Positions 17,701-34,500 of a stretch of 64,000 bases of DNA are shown one piece after another; position 1 is the stretch's first letter, and the number at the start of each line of letters is the position of its first letter. The notes below the pieces were generated by a model that did not search any database, was not told the origin of the DNA, and saw only the letters and a list, made by a program, of their open reading frames with translations. The position numbers were made by a program, and so were the translations under genes. Source of the stretch: the human T2T-CHM13v2.0 reference genome, Homo sapiens; NCBI RefSeq assembly GCF_009914755.1, contig NC_060927.1; one strand, 5' to 3'.

Positions 17701-20700
17701 TTTTATTCTGTACATAAAATATCAAAGTACACCAGATATATATTCTACAGTGTATATAAAATATCAAAGTACCCAAACTATACATTATATACTGTACATA
17801 AAATATGAAATTACATCAAATATATATTATATTAGGTACATAAAATATGAAAGTACATGAAGTATAGATTATATACTGTACATAAAATATCAAAGTACCC
17901 CAAATTTATATTATATACTATACATGAAATATCAAAGTTCACAAACTATATATTATATACTGTACATAAAATATCAAAGTACCCAAGGTATATATTCTAT
18001 AGTGTACAAAAAATATCAAAGTACCCAAAGCATGTATTATATACCGTACGTAAAATATAAAATTACATCAAATATATATTTTATTCTGTACATAAAATAT
18101 CAAAGTACACCAGATATATATACTATAGTGTACATAAAATATCAAAGTACCCAAACTATACATTATACACTGCACATAAAATATGAAATTACATCAAATA
18201 TATATTAGGTACATAAAATATGAAAGTACATCAAATATAGATTATATACTGTAAATATAATATCAATGTACCCCAAATATATATTTTATACTCTACATGA
18301 AATATCAAAGTTCACAAACCATATATTATATACTGTACATAAAATATCAAAGTACCCAAGGTATATATTCTATACTGTACAAAAAATATCAAAGTACCCA
18401 AAGCATGTATTATATACTGTACATAAAATATGAAAGTACATCAAATATATATTTTATTCTGTACATAAAATATCAAAGTACACCAGATATATATTCTATA
18501 GTGTACATAAAATAACAAAGTACACAAACTATAAATTATATCCTGTACATAAAATATGAAATTACATCAAATATATATTAGGTACATAAAATATGAAAGT
18601 ACATCAAATATAGATTATATACTGTACATTAAGTACCAAAGTACACCAAATATATATTTTATTCTGTACATAAAATATCAAAGTACACCAGATATATATT
18701 CTATAGTGTACATAAAATATCAAAGTACCCAAACTATACATTATATACTGTACATAAAATATGAAATTACAGCAAATATATATTATATTAGGTACATGAA
18801 ATATGAAAGTACATCAAATATAGATTATATACTCTACATTAAATACCAAAGTACCCCAAATATATATTTTATACTCTACATGAAATATCAAAGTTCACAA
18901 ACTATATATTATATACTGTACATAAAATATCAATGTACCCAAGGTATATATTCTATACTGCACAAAAAATATCAAAGTACCCAAAGCATGTATTATATAC
19001 TGTATATAAAATATGAAAGTACATCAAATATATATTTTATTCTGTACATAAAATATCAAAGTACACCAGATATATATTCTATAGTGTACATAAAATATCA
19101 AAGTACCCAAACTATACATTATATACTGTACATAAAATATGAAATTACAGCAAATATATATTATATTAGGTACATAAAATATGAAAGTACATCAAATATA
19201 GATTATATACTGTACATTAAATACCAAAGTACCCCAAATATATATTTTATACTGTACATGAAATATCAAAGTTCACAAACTATATATTATATACTGTACA
19301 TAAAATATCAATGTACCCAAGGTATATATTCTATACTGCACAAAAAATATCAAAGTACCCAAAGCATGTATTATATACTGTATATAAAATATGAAAGTAC
19401 ATCAAATATATATTTTATTCTGTACATAAAATATCAAAGTACACCAGATATATATTCTATAGTGTACATAAAATATCAAAGTACCCAAACTATACATTAT
19501 ATACTGTACATAAAATATGAAATTACATCAAATATATATTATATTAGGTAAATGAAATATGAAAGTACATCAAATATAGATTATATACTGTACATAAAAT
19601 ATGAAAGTACCCCAAATATATATTATATACTCTACATGAAATATCAAAGTTCACAAACTATATATTATATACTGTACATAAAATATCAAAGTACCCAAGG
19701 TATATATTCTATCCTGTACAAAAAATATCAAAGTATCCAAAGCATGTATTATATACTGTATATAAAATATGAAAGTACATCAAATATATATTTTATTCTG
19801 TACATAAAATATCAAAGTACACCAGATATATATTCTATAGTGTACATAAAATATCAAAGTACCCAAACTATACATTATATACTGTACATAAAATATGAAA
19901 TTACAGCAAATATATATTATATTAGGTACATAAAATATGAAAGTACATCAAATATAGATTATATACTCTACATTAAATACCAAAGTACCCCAAATGTATA
20001 TTTTATACTGTACATGAAATATCAAAGTTCACAAACTATATATTATATACTGTACATAAAATATCAATGTACCCAAGGTATATATTCTATACTGCACAAA
20101 AAATATCAAAGTACCCAAAGCATGTATTATATACTGTATATAAAATATGAAAGTACATCAAATATATATTTTATTCTGTACATAAAATATCAAAGTACAC
20201 CAGATATATATTCTATAGTGTACATAAAATATCAAAGTACCCAAACTATACATTATATACTGTACATAAAATATGAGATTACATCAAATATATATTATAT
20301 TAGGTACATAAAATACGAAAGTACATCAAATATAGATTATATACTGTACATAAAATATGAAAGTACCCCAATATATATTATATACTCTACATGAAATATC
20401 AAAGTTCACAAACTATATATTATGTACTGTACATAAAATATCAAACTACCCAAGGTATATATTCTATACTGTACAAAAAATATCAAAGTACCCAAAGCAT
20501 GTATTATATAATGTACATAAAATATGAAAGTACATCAAATATATATTTTATTCTGTACATAAAATATCAAAGAACACCAGATATATATTCTATAGTGTAC
20601 ATAAAATATCAAAGTACCCAAACTATACATTATATACTGTACATAAAATATGAAATTACATCATATATATATTAGGTACATAAAATATGAAAGTACATCA

Positions 20701-23430
20701 AATATATATTTTATTCTGTACATAAAATATCAAAGTACACCAGATATATATTCTATAGTGTACATAAAATAACAAAGTACACAAACTATAAAATATATAC
20801 TGTACATAAAATATGAAATTACATCAAATATATATTAGGTACATAAAATATGAAAGTACATCAAATATAGATTATATACTGTACATATAATATCAATGTA
20901 CCCGAAATATATATTTTATACTCTACATGAAATATCAAAGTTCACAAACCATATATTGTATACTGCACATAAAATATCAAAATACACAAGGTATATATTC
21001 TATACTGTACAAAAAATATCAAAGTACCCAAAGCAGGTATTATATACTGTATATAAAATATGAAAGTACATCAAATATATATTTTATTCTGTACATAAAA
21101 TATCAAAGTACACCAGATATATATTCTATAGTGTACATAAAATATCAAGGTACCCAAACTATATATTATATACTGTACATAAAATATGAAATTACAGCAA
21201 ATATATATTATATTAGGTACATAAAATATGAAAGTACATCAAATATAGATTATATACTGTACATTAAATACCAAAGTACCCCAAATATATATTTTATACT
21301 GTACATGAAATATCAAAGTTCACAAACTATATATTATATACTGTACATAAAATATCAATGTACCCAAGGTATATATTCTATACTGCACAAAAAATATCAA
21401 AGTACCCAAAGCATGTATTATATACTGTATATAAAATATGAAAGTACATCAAATATATATTTTATTCTGTACATAAAATGTCAAAGTACACCAGATATAT
21501 ATTCTATAGTGTACATAAAATATCAAAGTACCCAAACTATACATTATATACTGTACATAAAATATGAAATTACATCAAATATATATTAAGTACATAAAAT
21601 ATGAAAGTACATCAAATATAGATTATATAGTGTACATAAAATATCAATGTACACCAAATATATATTATATACTCTACATGAAATATCAAAGTTCACAAAC
21701 TATATATTATATACTGTCCATAAAATATCAAAGTACCCAAGGTATATATTTTATACTGTACAAAAAATATCAAAGTACCCAAAGCATGTATTATATACTA
21801 TACCTAAAATATGAAAGTACATCAAATATATATTTTATTCTGTACATAAAATATCAAAGTACACCAGATATATATTCTACAGTGTATATAAAATATCAAA
21901 GTACCCAAACTATACATTATATACTGTACATAAAATATGAAATTACATCAAATATATATTTTATTCTGTACATAAAATGTCAAAGTACACCAGATATATA
22001 TTCTATAGTGTACATAAAATATCAAAGTACCCAAACTATACATTATATACTGTACATAAAATATGAAATTACATCAAATATATATTAAGTACATAAAATA
22101 TGAAAGTACATCAAATATAGATTATATAGTGTACATAAAATATCAATGTACACCAAATATATATTATATACTCTACATGAAATATCAAAGTTCACAAACT
22201 ATATATTATATACTGTCCATAAAATATCAAAGTACCCAAGGTATATATTTTATACTGTACAAAAAATATCAAAGTACCCAAAGCATGTATTATATACTAT
22301 ACCTAAAATATGAAATTACATCAAATATATATTTTATTCTGTACATAAAATATCAAAGTACACCAGATATATATTCTACAGTGTATATAAAATATCAAAG
22401 TACCCAAACTATACATTATATACTGTACATAAAATATGAAATTACATCAAATATATATTATATTAGGTACATAAAATATGAAAGTACATGAAGTATAGAT
22501 TATATACTGTACATAAAATATCAAAGTACCCCAAATTTATATTATATACTATACATGAAATATCAAAGTTCACAAACTATATATTATATACTGTACATAA
22601 AATATCAAAGTACCCAAGGTATATATTCTATAGTGTACAAAAAATATCAAAGTACCCAAAGCATGTATTATATACCGTACGTAAAATATAAAATTACATC
22701 AAATATATATTTTATTCTGTACATAAAATATCAAAGTACACCAGATATATATACTATAGTGTACATAAAATATCAAAGTACCCAAACTATACATTATACA
22801 CTGCACATAAAATATGAAATTACATCAAATATATATTAGGTACATAAAATATGAAAGTACATCAAATATAGATTATATACTGTAAATATAATATCAATGT
22901 ACCCCAAATATATATTTTATACTCTACATGAAATATCAAAGTTCACAAACCATATATTATATACTGTAAATAAAATATCAAAGTACCCAAGGTATATATT
23001 CTATACTGTACAAAAAATATCAAAGTATCCAAAGCATGTATTATATACTGTACATAAAATATGAAAGTACATCAAATATATATTTTATTCTGTACATAAA
23101 ATATCAAAGTACACCAGATATATATTCTATAGTGTACATAAAATAACAAAGTACACAAACTATAAATTATATCCTGTACATAAAATATGAAATTACATCA
23201 AATATATATTAGGTACATAAAATATGAAAGTACATCAAATATAGATTATATACTGTACATTAAGTACCAAAGTACACCAAATATATATTTTATTCTGTAC
23301 ATAAAATATCAAAGTACACCAGATATATATTCTATAGTGTACATAAAATATCAAAGTACCCAAACTATACATTATATACTGTACATAAAATATGAAATTA
23401 CAGCAAATATATATTATATTAGGTAAATGA
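14780..23430 (+). repeat. Near-identical duplication with 4631-bp offset (about 14780-18790 vs 19410-23420); third partial copy at about 23900-26000
   Basis: ORF starts pair at +4631: 14921/19552, 15760/20391, 16296/20927, 16933/21564, 17432/22063, 17857/22488, 18556/23187, with near-identical translations. ORFs 24015 and 25390 repeat 19552 and 20927 at +4463. Confidence 0.9.
16815..17828 (+). repeat. 499-bp (12-monomer minus 5 bp) tandem duplication, copied again at about 21446-22459
   Basis: Markers AAAATGTCAAAG (about 16848/17347), ATATTAAGTAC, TATAGTGTAC, CTATACCTAAA and TCTACAGTGT repeat at +499. ORFs 16933/17432 and 21564/22063. A single-copy version is at about 12110-12620. Confidence 0.9.
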
Positions 23431-26400
23431 AATATGAAAGTACATCAAATATAGATTATATACTGTACATAAAATATGAAAGTACCCCAAATATATATTA
23501 TATACTCTACATGAAATATCAAAGTTCACAAACTATATATTATATACTGTACATAAAATATCAAAGTACCCAAGGTATATATTCTATACTGTACAAAAAA
23601 TATCAAAGTATCCAAAGCATGTATTATATACTGTATATAAAATATGAAAGTACATCAAATATATATTTTATTCTGTACATAAAATATCAAAGTACACCAG
23701 ATATATATTCTATAGTGTACATAAAATATCAAAGTACCCAAACTATACATTATATACTGTACATAAAATATGAAATTACAGCAAATATATATTATATTAG
23801 GTACATAAAATATGAAAGTACATCAAATATAGATTATATACTGTACATTAAATACCAAAGTACCCCAAATATATATTTTATTCTGTACATAAAATATCAA
23901 AGTACACCAGATATATATTCTGTAGTGTACATAAAATATCAAAGTACCCAAACTATACATTATATACTGTACATAAAATATGAAATTACATCAAATATAT
24001 ATTATATTAGGTAAATGAAATATGAAAGTACATCAAATATAGATTATATACTGTACATAAAATATGAAAGTACCCCAAATATATATTATATACTCTACAT
24101 GAAATATCAAAGTTCACAAACTATATATTATATACTGTACATAAAATATCAAAGTACCCAAGGTATATATTCTATACTGTACAAAAAATATCAAAGTATC
24201 CAAAGCATGTATTATATACTGTATATAAAATATGAAAGTACATCAAATATATATTTTATTCTGTACATAAAATATCAAAGTACACCAGATATATATTCTA
24301 TAGTGTACATAAAATATCAAAGTACCCAAACTATACATTATATACTGTACATAAAATATGAAATTACAGCAAATATATATTATATTAGGTACATAAAATA
24401 TGAAAGTACATCAAATATAGATTATATGCTCTACATTAAATACCAAAGTACCCCAAATATATATTTTATACTGTACATGAAATATCAAAGTTCACAAACT
24501 ATATATTATATACTGTACATAAAATATCAATGTACCCAAGGTATATATTCTATACTGCACAAAAAATATCAAAGTACCCAAAGCATGTATTATATACTGT
24601 ATATAAAATATGAAAGTACATCAAATATATATTTTATTCTGTACATAAAATATCAAAGTACACCAGATATATATTCTATAGTGTACATAAAATATCAAAG
24701 TACCCAAACTATACATTATATACTGTACATAAAATATGAAATTACATCAAATATATATTATATTAGGTACATAAAATACGAAAGTACATCAAATATAGAT
24801 TATATACTGTACATAAAATATGAAAGTACCCCAATATATATTATATACTCTACATGAAATATCAAAGTTCACAAACTATATATTATGTACTGTACATAAA
24901 ATATCAAACTACCCAAGGTATATATTCTATACTGTACAAAAAATATCAAAGTACCCAAAGCATGTATTATATAATGTAAATAAAATATGAAAGTACATCA
25001 AATATATATTTTATTCTGTACATAAAATATCAAAGAACACCAGATATATATTCTATAGTGTACATAAAATATCAAAGTACCCAAACTATACATTATATAC
25101 TGTACATAAAATATGAAATTACATCATATATATATTAGGTACATAAAATATGAAAGTACATCAAATATATATTTTATTCTGTACATAAAATATCAAAGTA
25201 CACCAGATATATATTCTATAGTGTACATAAAATAACAAAGTACACAAACTATAAAATATATACTGTACATAAAATATGAAATTACATCAAATATATATTA
25301 GGTACATAAAATATGAAAGTACATCAAATATAGATTATATACTGTACATATAATATCAATGTACCCGAAATATATATTTTATACTCTACATGAAATATCA
25401 AAGTTCACAAACCATATATTGTATACTACACATAAAATATCAAAATACACAAGGTATATATTCTATACTGTACAAAAAATATCAAAGTACCCAAAGCAGG
25501 TATTATATACTGTATATAAAATATGAAAGTACATCAAATATATATTTTATTCTGTACATAAAATATCAAAGTACACCAGATATATATTCTATAGTGTACA
25601 TAAAATATCAAGGTACCCAAACTATATATTATATACTGTACATAAAATATGAAATTACAGCAAATATATATTATATTAGGTACATAAAATATGAAAGTAC
25701 ATCAAATATAGATTATATACTCTACATTAAATACCAAAGTACCCCAAATATATATTTTATACTGTACATGAAATATCAAAGTTCACAAACTATATATTAT
25801 ATACTGTACATAAAATATCAATGTACCCAAGGTATATATTCTATACTGCACAAAAAATATCAAAGTACCCAAAGCATGTATTATATACTGTATATAAAAT
25901 ATGAAAGTACATCAAATATATATTTTATTCTGTACATAAAATATCAAAGTACACCAGATATATATTCTATAGTGTACATAAAATATCAAAGTACCCAAAC
26001 TATACATTATATACTGTACATAAATATGAAATTACATCAAATATATATTATATTAGGTACATAAAATATGAAAGTACATGAAGTATAGATTATATACTGT
26101 AGATAAAATATCAAAGTACCCCAAATTTATATTATATACTATACATGAAATATCAAAGTTCACAAACTATATATTATATACTGTACATAAAATATCAAAG
26201 TACCCAAGGTATATATTCTATAGTGTACAAAAAATATCAAAGTACCCAAAGCATGTATTATATACCGTACATAAAATATAAAATTACATCAAATATATAT
26301 TTTATTCTGTACATAAAATATCAAAATACACCAGATATATATACTATAGTGTACATAAAATATCAAAGTACCCAAACTATACATTATACACTGTACATAA

Positions 26401-29400
26401 AATATGAAATTACATCAAATATATATTAGGTACATAAAATATGAAAGTACATCAAATATAGATTATATACTGTAAATATTATATCAATGTACCCCAAATA
26501 TATATTTTATACTGTACATGAAATATCAAAGTTCACAAACCATATATTATATACTGTACATAAAATATCAAAGTACCCAAGGTATATATTCTATACTGAA
26601 CAAAAAATATCAAAGTACCCAAAGCATGTATTATATACTGTACATAAAATATGAAAGTACATCAAATATATATTTTATTCTGTACATAAAATATCAAAGT
26701 ACACCAGATATATATTCTATAGTGTACATAAAATATCAAAGTACCCAAACTATACATTATATACTGTACATAAAATATGAAATTACATCAAATATATATT
26801 ATATTAGGTACATGAAATATGAAAGTACATCAAATATAGATTATATACTGTACATAAAATATGAAAGTACCCCAAATATATATTATATACTCTACATGAA
26901 ATATCAAAGTTCACAAACTATATGTTATATACTGTACATAAAATATCAAAGTACCCAAGGTATATATTCTATACTGTACAAAAAATATCAAAGTATCCAA
27001 AGCATGTATTATATACTGTATATAAAATATGAAAGTACATGAAATATATATTTTATTCTGTACATAAAATATCAAAGTACACCAGATATATATTCTATAG
27101 TGTACATAAAATATCAAAGTACCCAAACTATACATTATATACTGTACATAAAATATGAAATTACAGCAAATATATATTATATTAGGTACATAAAATATGA
27201 AAGTACATCAAATATAGATTATATACTGTACATTAAATACCAAAGTACCCCAAATATATATTTTATACTGTACATGAAATATCAAAGTTCACAAACTATA
27301 TATTATATACTGTACATAAAATATCAATGTACCCAATTTATATATTCTATACTGCACAAAAAATATCAAAGTACCCAAAGCATGTATTATATACTGTATA
27401 TAAAATATGAAAGTACATCAAATATATATTTTATTCTGTACATAAAATATCAAAGTACACCAGATATATATTCTATAGTGTACATAAAATAACAAAGTAC
27501 ACAAACTATAAATTATATCCTGTACATAAAATATGAAATTACATCAAATATATATTAGGTACATAAAATATGAAAGTACATCAAATATAGATTATATACT
27601 GTACATTAAGTACCAAAGTACACCAAATATATATTTTATACTCTACATGAAATATCAAAGTTCACAAACCATATATTATATACTGTGCATAAAATATCAA
27701 AGTACCCAAGGTATATATTCTATACTGTACAAAAAATATCAAAGAACCCAAAGCATGTATTATATACTATACATAAAATATGAAATTACATCAAATATAT
27801 ATTTTATTCTGTACATAAAATATCAAAGTACACCAGATATATATTCTATAGTGTACATAAAATATCAAAGTACCCAAACTATACATTATATACTGTACAT
27901 AAAATGTGAAATTACATAAAATATATATTATATTAGGTACATAAAATATGAAAGTACATCAAATATAGATTATATACTGTACATTAAATACCAATATACC
28001 CCAAATATATATTTTATACTGTACATGAAATATCAAAGTTCACACACTATATATTATATACTGTACATAAAATATCAAAGTACCCAAGGTATATATTCTA
28101 TACTGTACAAAAAACATCAAAGTACCCAAAGCATGTATTATATACTGTACATAAAATATGAAAGTACATCAAATATATATTTTATTCTGTACATAAAATA
28201 TCAAAGTACACCAGATATATATTCTATAGTGTACATAAAATAACAAAGTACCCAAACTATACATTATATACTGTACATAAAATATGAAATTACATCAAAT
28301 ATATATTATATTAGGTACATAAAATAAGAAAGTACATCAAATATAGATTATATACTGTACATAAAATATCAAAGTACCCCAAATATATATTATATACTCT
28401 ACATGAAATATCAAAGTTCACAAACTATATATTATATACTGTACATAAAATATCAAAGTACCCAAGGTATATATTCTATACTGTACAAAAAATATCAAAG
28501 TATCCAAAGCATGATTTATATACTGTATATAAAATATGAAAGTACATTAAAGATATATTTTATTCTGTACATAAAATACCAAAATACACCAGATATATAT
28601 TCTATAGTGTACATAAAATAACAAAGTACACAAACTATAAATTATATACTGTACATAAAATATGAAATTACATCAAATATATATTAGGTACATAAAATAT
28701 GAAAGTACATCAAATATAGATTATATACTGTACATATAATATCAATGTACCCCAAATATATATTTTATACTCTACATGAAATATCAAAGTTCACAAACCA
28801 TACATTATATACTGTACATAAAATATCAAAGTACCCAAGTTATATATTCTATACTGTACAAAAGATATCAAAGTACCCAAAGCATGTATTATATACTGTA
28901 TATAAAATATGAAAGTACATCAAATATATATTATATACTGTACATAAAATATCAAAGTACACCAGATATATATTTTATAGTGTACATAAAATATCAAAGT
29001 ACCCAAACTATACATTATATACTGAACATAAAATATGAGATTACATCAAATATATATTATATTAGGTACATAAAATATGAAAGTACATCAGATATAGATT
29101 ATATACTGTACATACAATATCAAAGTACCCCAAATATATATTATATACTCTACATGAAATATCAAAGTTCACAAACTATATATTATATACTGTACATAAA
29201 ATATCAAAGTACCCAAGGTATATATTCTATACTGTACAAAAAATATCAAAATACCCAAAGCATGTATTATATACTGTATATAAAATATGAAAATACATTA
29301 AATATATATTTTTTCTGTACATAAAATATCAAAGTACACCAGATATATATTCTATAGTGTACATAAAATAACAAAGTACACAAACTATAAATTATATACT

Positions 29401-31519
29401 GTACGTAAAATATGAAATTACATCAAATATATATTAGGTACATAAAATATGAAAGTACATCAAATATAGATTATATACTGTACATATAATATCAGTGTAC
29501 CCCAAATATATATTTTATACTCTACATGAAATATCAAAGTTCACAAACCATACATTATATACTTTCCATAAAATATCAAAGTACCCATGGCATATATTCT
29601 ATACTGTACAAAAGATATCAAAGTACCCAAAGCATGTATTATATACTGTACATAAAATATGAAAGTACATCAAATATATATTTTATTCTGTACATAAAAT
29701 ATCAAAGTACACCAGATATATATTCTATAGTGTACATAAAATATCAAAGTACCCAAACTATATATTATATACTGTACATAAAATATGAAATTACATCAAA
29801 TATGTATTATATTAGGTACATAAAATATGAAAGTACATCAAATATAGATTATATACCGTACATAAAATATCAAAGTACCCCAAATATATATTATATACTA
29901 TACATGAAATATCTAATATCACAAACTATATATTATATACTGTACATAAAATATCAAAGTACCCAATGTATATATTCTATAGTGTACAAAAAATATCAAA
30001 GTACCCAAAGCATGTATTATATACTGTACATAAAATATAAAAGTACATCAAATATATATTTTATTCTGTACATAAAATATGAAAGTACACCAGATATATA
30101 TTCTATAGTGTACATAAAATATCAAAGTACCCAAACTATACATTATATACGGTACATAAAATATGAAATTACATCAAATATATATTATATTAGGTACTTA
30201 AAATATGAAAGTACATCAAATATAGATTATATACTGTACATAAAATATCAAAGTACCCCAAATATATATTATATACTGTACATGAAATATCAAAGTTCAC
30301 AACTATATATTATATACTGTAGATAAAATATCAAAGTCCCCAAGGTATATATTCTATACTGTACAAAAAATATCAAAGTACACAAAGCATGTATTATATA
30401 CTGTACATAAAATATGAAATTACATCAAATATATATTATATTAGGTACATAAAATATGAAAGTACATCAAATATAGATTATATACTGTACATAAAATATC
30501 AAAGTACCCCAAATATATATTATATACTGTACATGTAATATCAAAGTTCACAACTATATATTACATACTGTACATAAAATATCAAAGTACCCAAGGTATA
30601 TATTCTATACTGTACAAAAAATATCAAAGTACCCAAAGCATGTATTATATACTGTACATAAAATATGAAAGTACATCAAATATATATTTTATTCTGTACA
30701 TAAAATATCAAAGTACACCAGATATATATTCTATAGTGTATATAAAATATCAAAGTACCCAAACTATACATTATATACTGTACATAAAATATGAAATTAC
30801 ATCAAATATATATTATATTGGGTACATAAAATATGAAAGTACATGAAGTATAGATTATATACTGTACATAAAATATCAAAGTACCCCAAATTTATATTAT
30901 ATACTATACATGAAATATCAAAGTTCACAAACTATATATTATATACTGTACATAAAATATCAAAGTACCCAAGGTATATATTCTATAGTGTACAAAAAAT
31001 ATCAAAGTACCCAAAGCATGTATTATATACCGTACATAAAATATAAAATTACATCAAATATATATTTTATTCTGTACATAAAATATCAAAGTACACCAGA
31101 TATATATTCTATAGAGTACATAAAATATCAAAGTACCCAAACTATACATTACATACTGTACATAAAATATGAAATTACATCAAATATATATTATAATAGG
31201 TACATAAAATATGAAAGTACATGAAATATAGATTATATACTGTACATTAAATACGAAAGTACCCCAAATATATATTTTGTACTGTACATGAAATATCAAA
31301 GTACCCAAGGTATATATTCTATACTGTACAAAAAATATCAAAGTACCCAAAGCATGTATTACAAACTGTACATAAAATATGAAAGTCCATCAAATATATA
31401 TTTTATTCTGTACATAAAATATCAAAGTACACCAGATATATATTCTATAGTGTACATAAAATATCAAAGTACCCAAACTATACATTATATACTGTACATA
31501 AAATATGAAATTACGTCAA

Positions 31520-34500
31520 ATATATATTATATTAGGTACATAAAATATGAAAGTACATCAAATATAGATTATATACTGTACATTAAGTACCAAAGTACCC
31601 CAAATATATATTTTATACTGTACATGAAATATCAAAGTTCACAAACTATATATTATATACTGTACATAAAATATCAAAGTACCCAAGGTATATATTCTAT
31701 ACTGTACAAAAAATATCAAAGTACCCAAAGCATGTATTATATACTGTACATAAAGTATGAAAGTACATCAAATATATATTTTATTCTGTACATAAAATAT
31801 CGAGGTACACCAGATATATATTCTATAGTGTACATAAAATATCAAAGTACCCAAACTATAAATTATATACTGTACATAAAATATGAAATTACATCAAATA
31901 TATATTATATTAGGTACATAAAATATGAAAGTACATCAAATATAGATTATATACTCTACATTAAATACCAAAGTACCCCAAATATATATTTTATACTGTA
32001 CATGAAATATCAAAGTTCACAAAGTATATATTATATACTGTACATAAAATATCAAAGTACCCAAGGTATATATTCTATACTGTACAAAAGATATCAAAGT
32101 ACCCAAAGCATGTATTATATACTGTACATAAAATATGAAAGTACATCATATATATATTTTATTCTGTACATAAAATATTAAAGTACACCAGATATATATT
32201 CTATAGTGTACATAAAATATCAAAGTACCCAAACTATACATTATATACTGTACATAAAATATGAAATTACATCAAATATATATTAAGTACATAAAATATG
32301 AAAGTACATCAAATATGGATTATATACTGTACATAAAATATCAATGTACACCAAATATATATTATATACTCTACATGAAATATCAAAGTTCACAAACTAT
32401 ATATTGTATACTGTCCATAAAATATCAAAGTACCCAAGGTATATATTCTATACTGTACAAAAAATATCAAAGTACCCAAAGCATGTATTATATACTGTAC
32501 CTAAAATATGAAAGTACATCAAATATATATTTTATTCTGTACATAAAATATCAAAGTACACCAGATATATATTCTATAGTGTATATAAAATATCAAAGTA
32601 CCCAAACTATACATTATGTACTGTACATAAAATATGAAATTACATCAAATATATATTATATTAGGTACATAAAATATGAAAGTACATCAAATATAGATTA
32701 TATACTGTACATAAAATATCAAAGTACCCCGAATATATATTATATACTCTACATGAAATATCAAAGTTCACAAACTATATATTATATACTGTACATAAAA
32801 TATCAAAGTACCCAAGGTATATATTCTATACTGTACAAAAAATATCAAGGTACCCAAAGCATGTATTATATACTGTACATAAAATATGAAAGTACATCAA
32901 ATATATATTTTATTCTGTACATAAAATATGAAAGTACACCAGATATATATTCTATAGTGTACATAAAATATCAAAGTACCCAAACTATACATTATATACT
33001 GTACATAAAATATGAAATTACATCAAATATATATTATATTAGGTACTTAAAATATGAAAGTACATCAAATATAGATTATATACTGTACATAAAATATCAA
33101 AGTACCACAAATATATATTATATACTGTACATGAAATATCAAAGTTCACAACTATATATTATATACTGTACATAAAATATCAAAGTCCCCAAGGTATATA
33201 TTCTATACTGTACAAAAAATATCAAAGTACACAAACATGTATTATATACTGTACATAAAATATGAAATTACATCAAATATATATTATATTAGGTACATAA
33301 AATATGAAAGTACATCAAATATAGATTATATACTGTACATAAAATATCAAAGTACCCCAAATATATATTATATACTGTACATGTAATATCAAAGTTCACA
33401 ACTATATATTACATACTGTACATAAAATATCAAAGTACCCAAGGTATATATTCTATACTGTACAAAAAATATCAAAGTACCCAAAGCATGTATTATATAC
33501 TGTACATAAAATATGAAAGTACATCAAATATATATTTTATTCTGTACATAAAATATCAAAGTACACCAGATATATATTCTATAGTGTATATAAAATATCA
33601 AAGTACCCAAACTATACATTATATACTGTACATAAAATATGAAATTACATCAAATATATATTATATTAGGTACATAAAATATGAAAGTACATGAAGTATA
33701 GATTATATACTGTACATAAAATATCAAAGTACCCCAAATTTATATTATATACTATACATGAAATATCAAAGTTCACAAACTATATATTATATACTGTACA
33801 TAAAATATCAAAGTACCCAAGGTATATATTCTATAGTGTACAAAAAATATCAAAGTACCCAAAGCATGTATTATATACCGTACATAAAATATAAAATTAC
33901 ATCAAATATATATTTTATTCTGTACATAAAATATCAAAGTACACCAGATATATATTCTATAGAGTACATAAAATATCAAAGTACCCAAACTATACATTAC
34001 ATACTGTACATAAAATATGAAATTACATCAAATATATATTATAATACGTACATAAAATATGAAAGTACATCAAATATAGATTATATACTGTACATTAAAT
34101 ACGAAAGTACCCCAAATATATATTTTATACTGTACATGAAATATCAAAGTACCCAAGGTATATATTCTATACTGTACAAAAAATATCAAAGTACCCAAAG
34201 CATGTATTACAAACTGTACATAAAATATGAAAGTCCATCAAATATATATTTTATTCTGTACATAAAATATCAAAGTACACCAGATATATATTCTATAGTG
34301 AACATAAAATATCAAAGTACCCAAACTATACATTATATACTGTACATAAAATATGAAATTACATCAAATATATATTATATTAGGTAAATAAAATATGAAA
34401 GTACATCAAATATAGATTATATACTGTACATTAAGTACCAAAGTACCCCAAATATATATTTTATACTGTACATGAAATATCAAAGTTCACAAACTATATA

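Noticed and set aside
26911-27135. The only minus-strand ORF, as a sign of an inversion or antisense gene
   Set aside because: The underlying sequence stays in the same orientation as its flanks; the ORF arises from chance variants and an alternative start codon.
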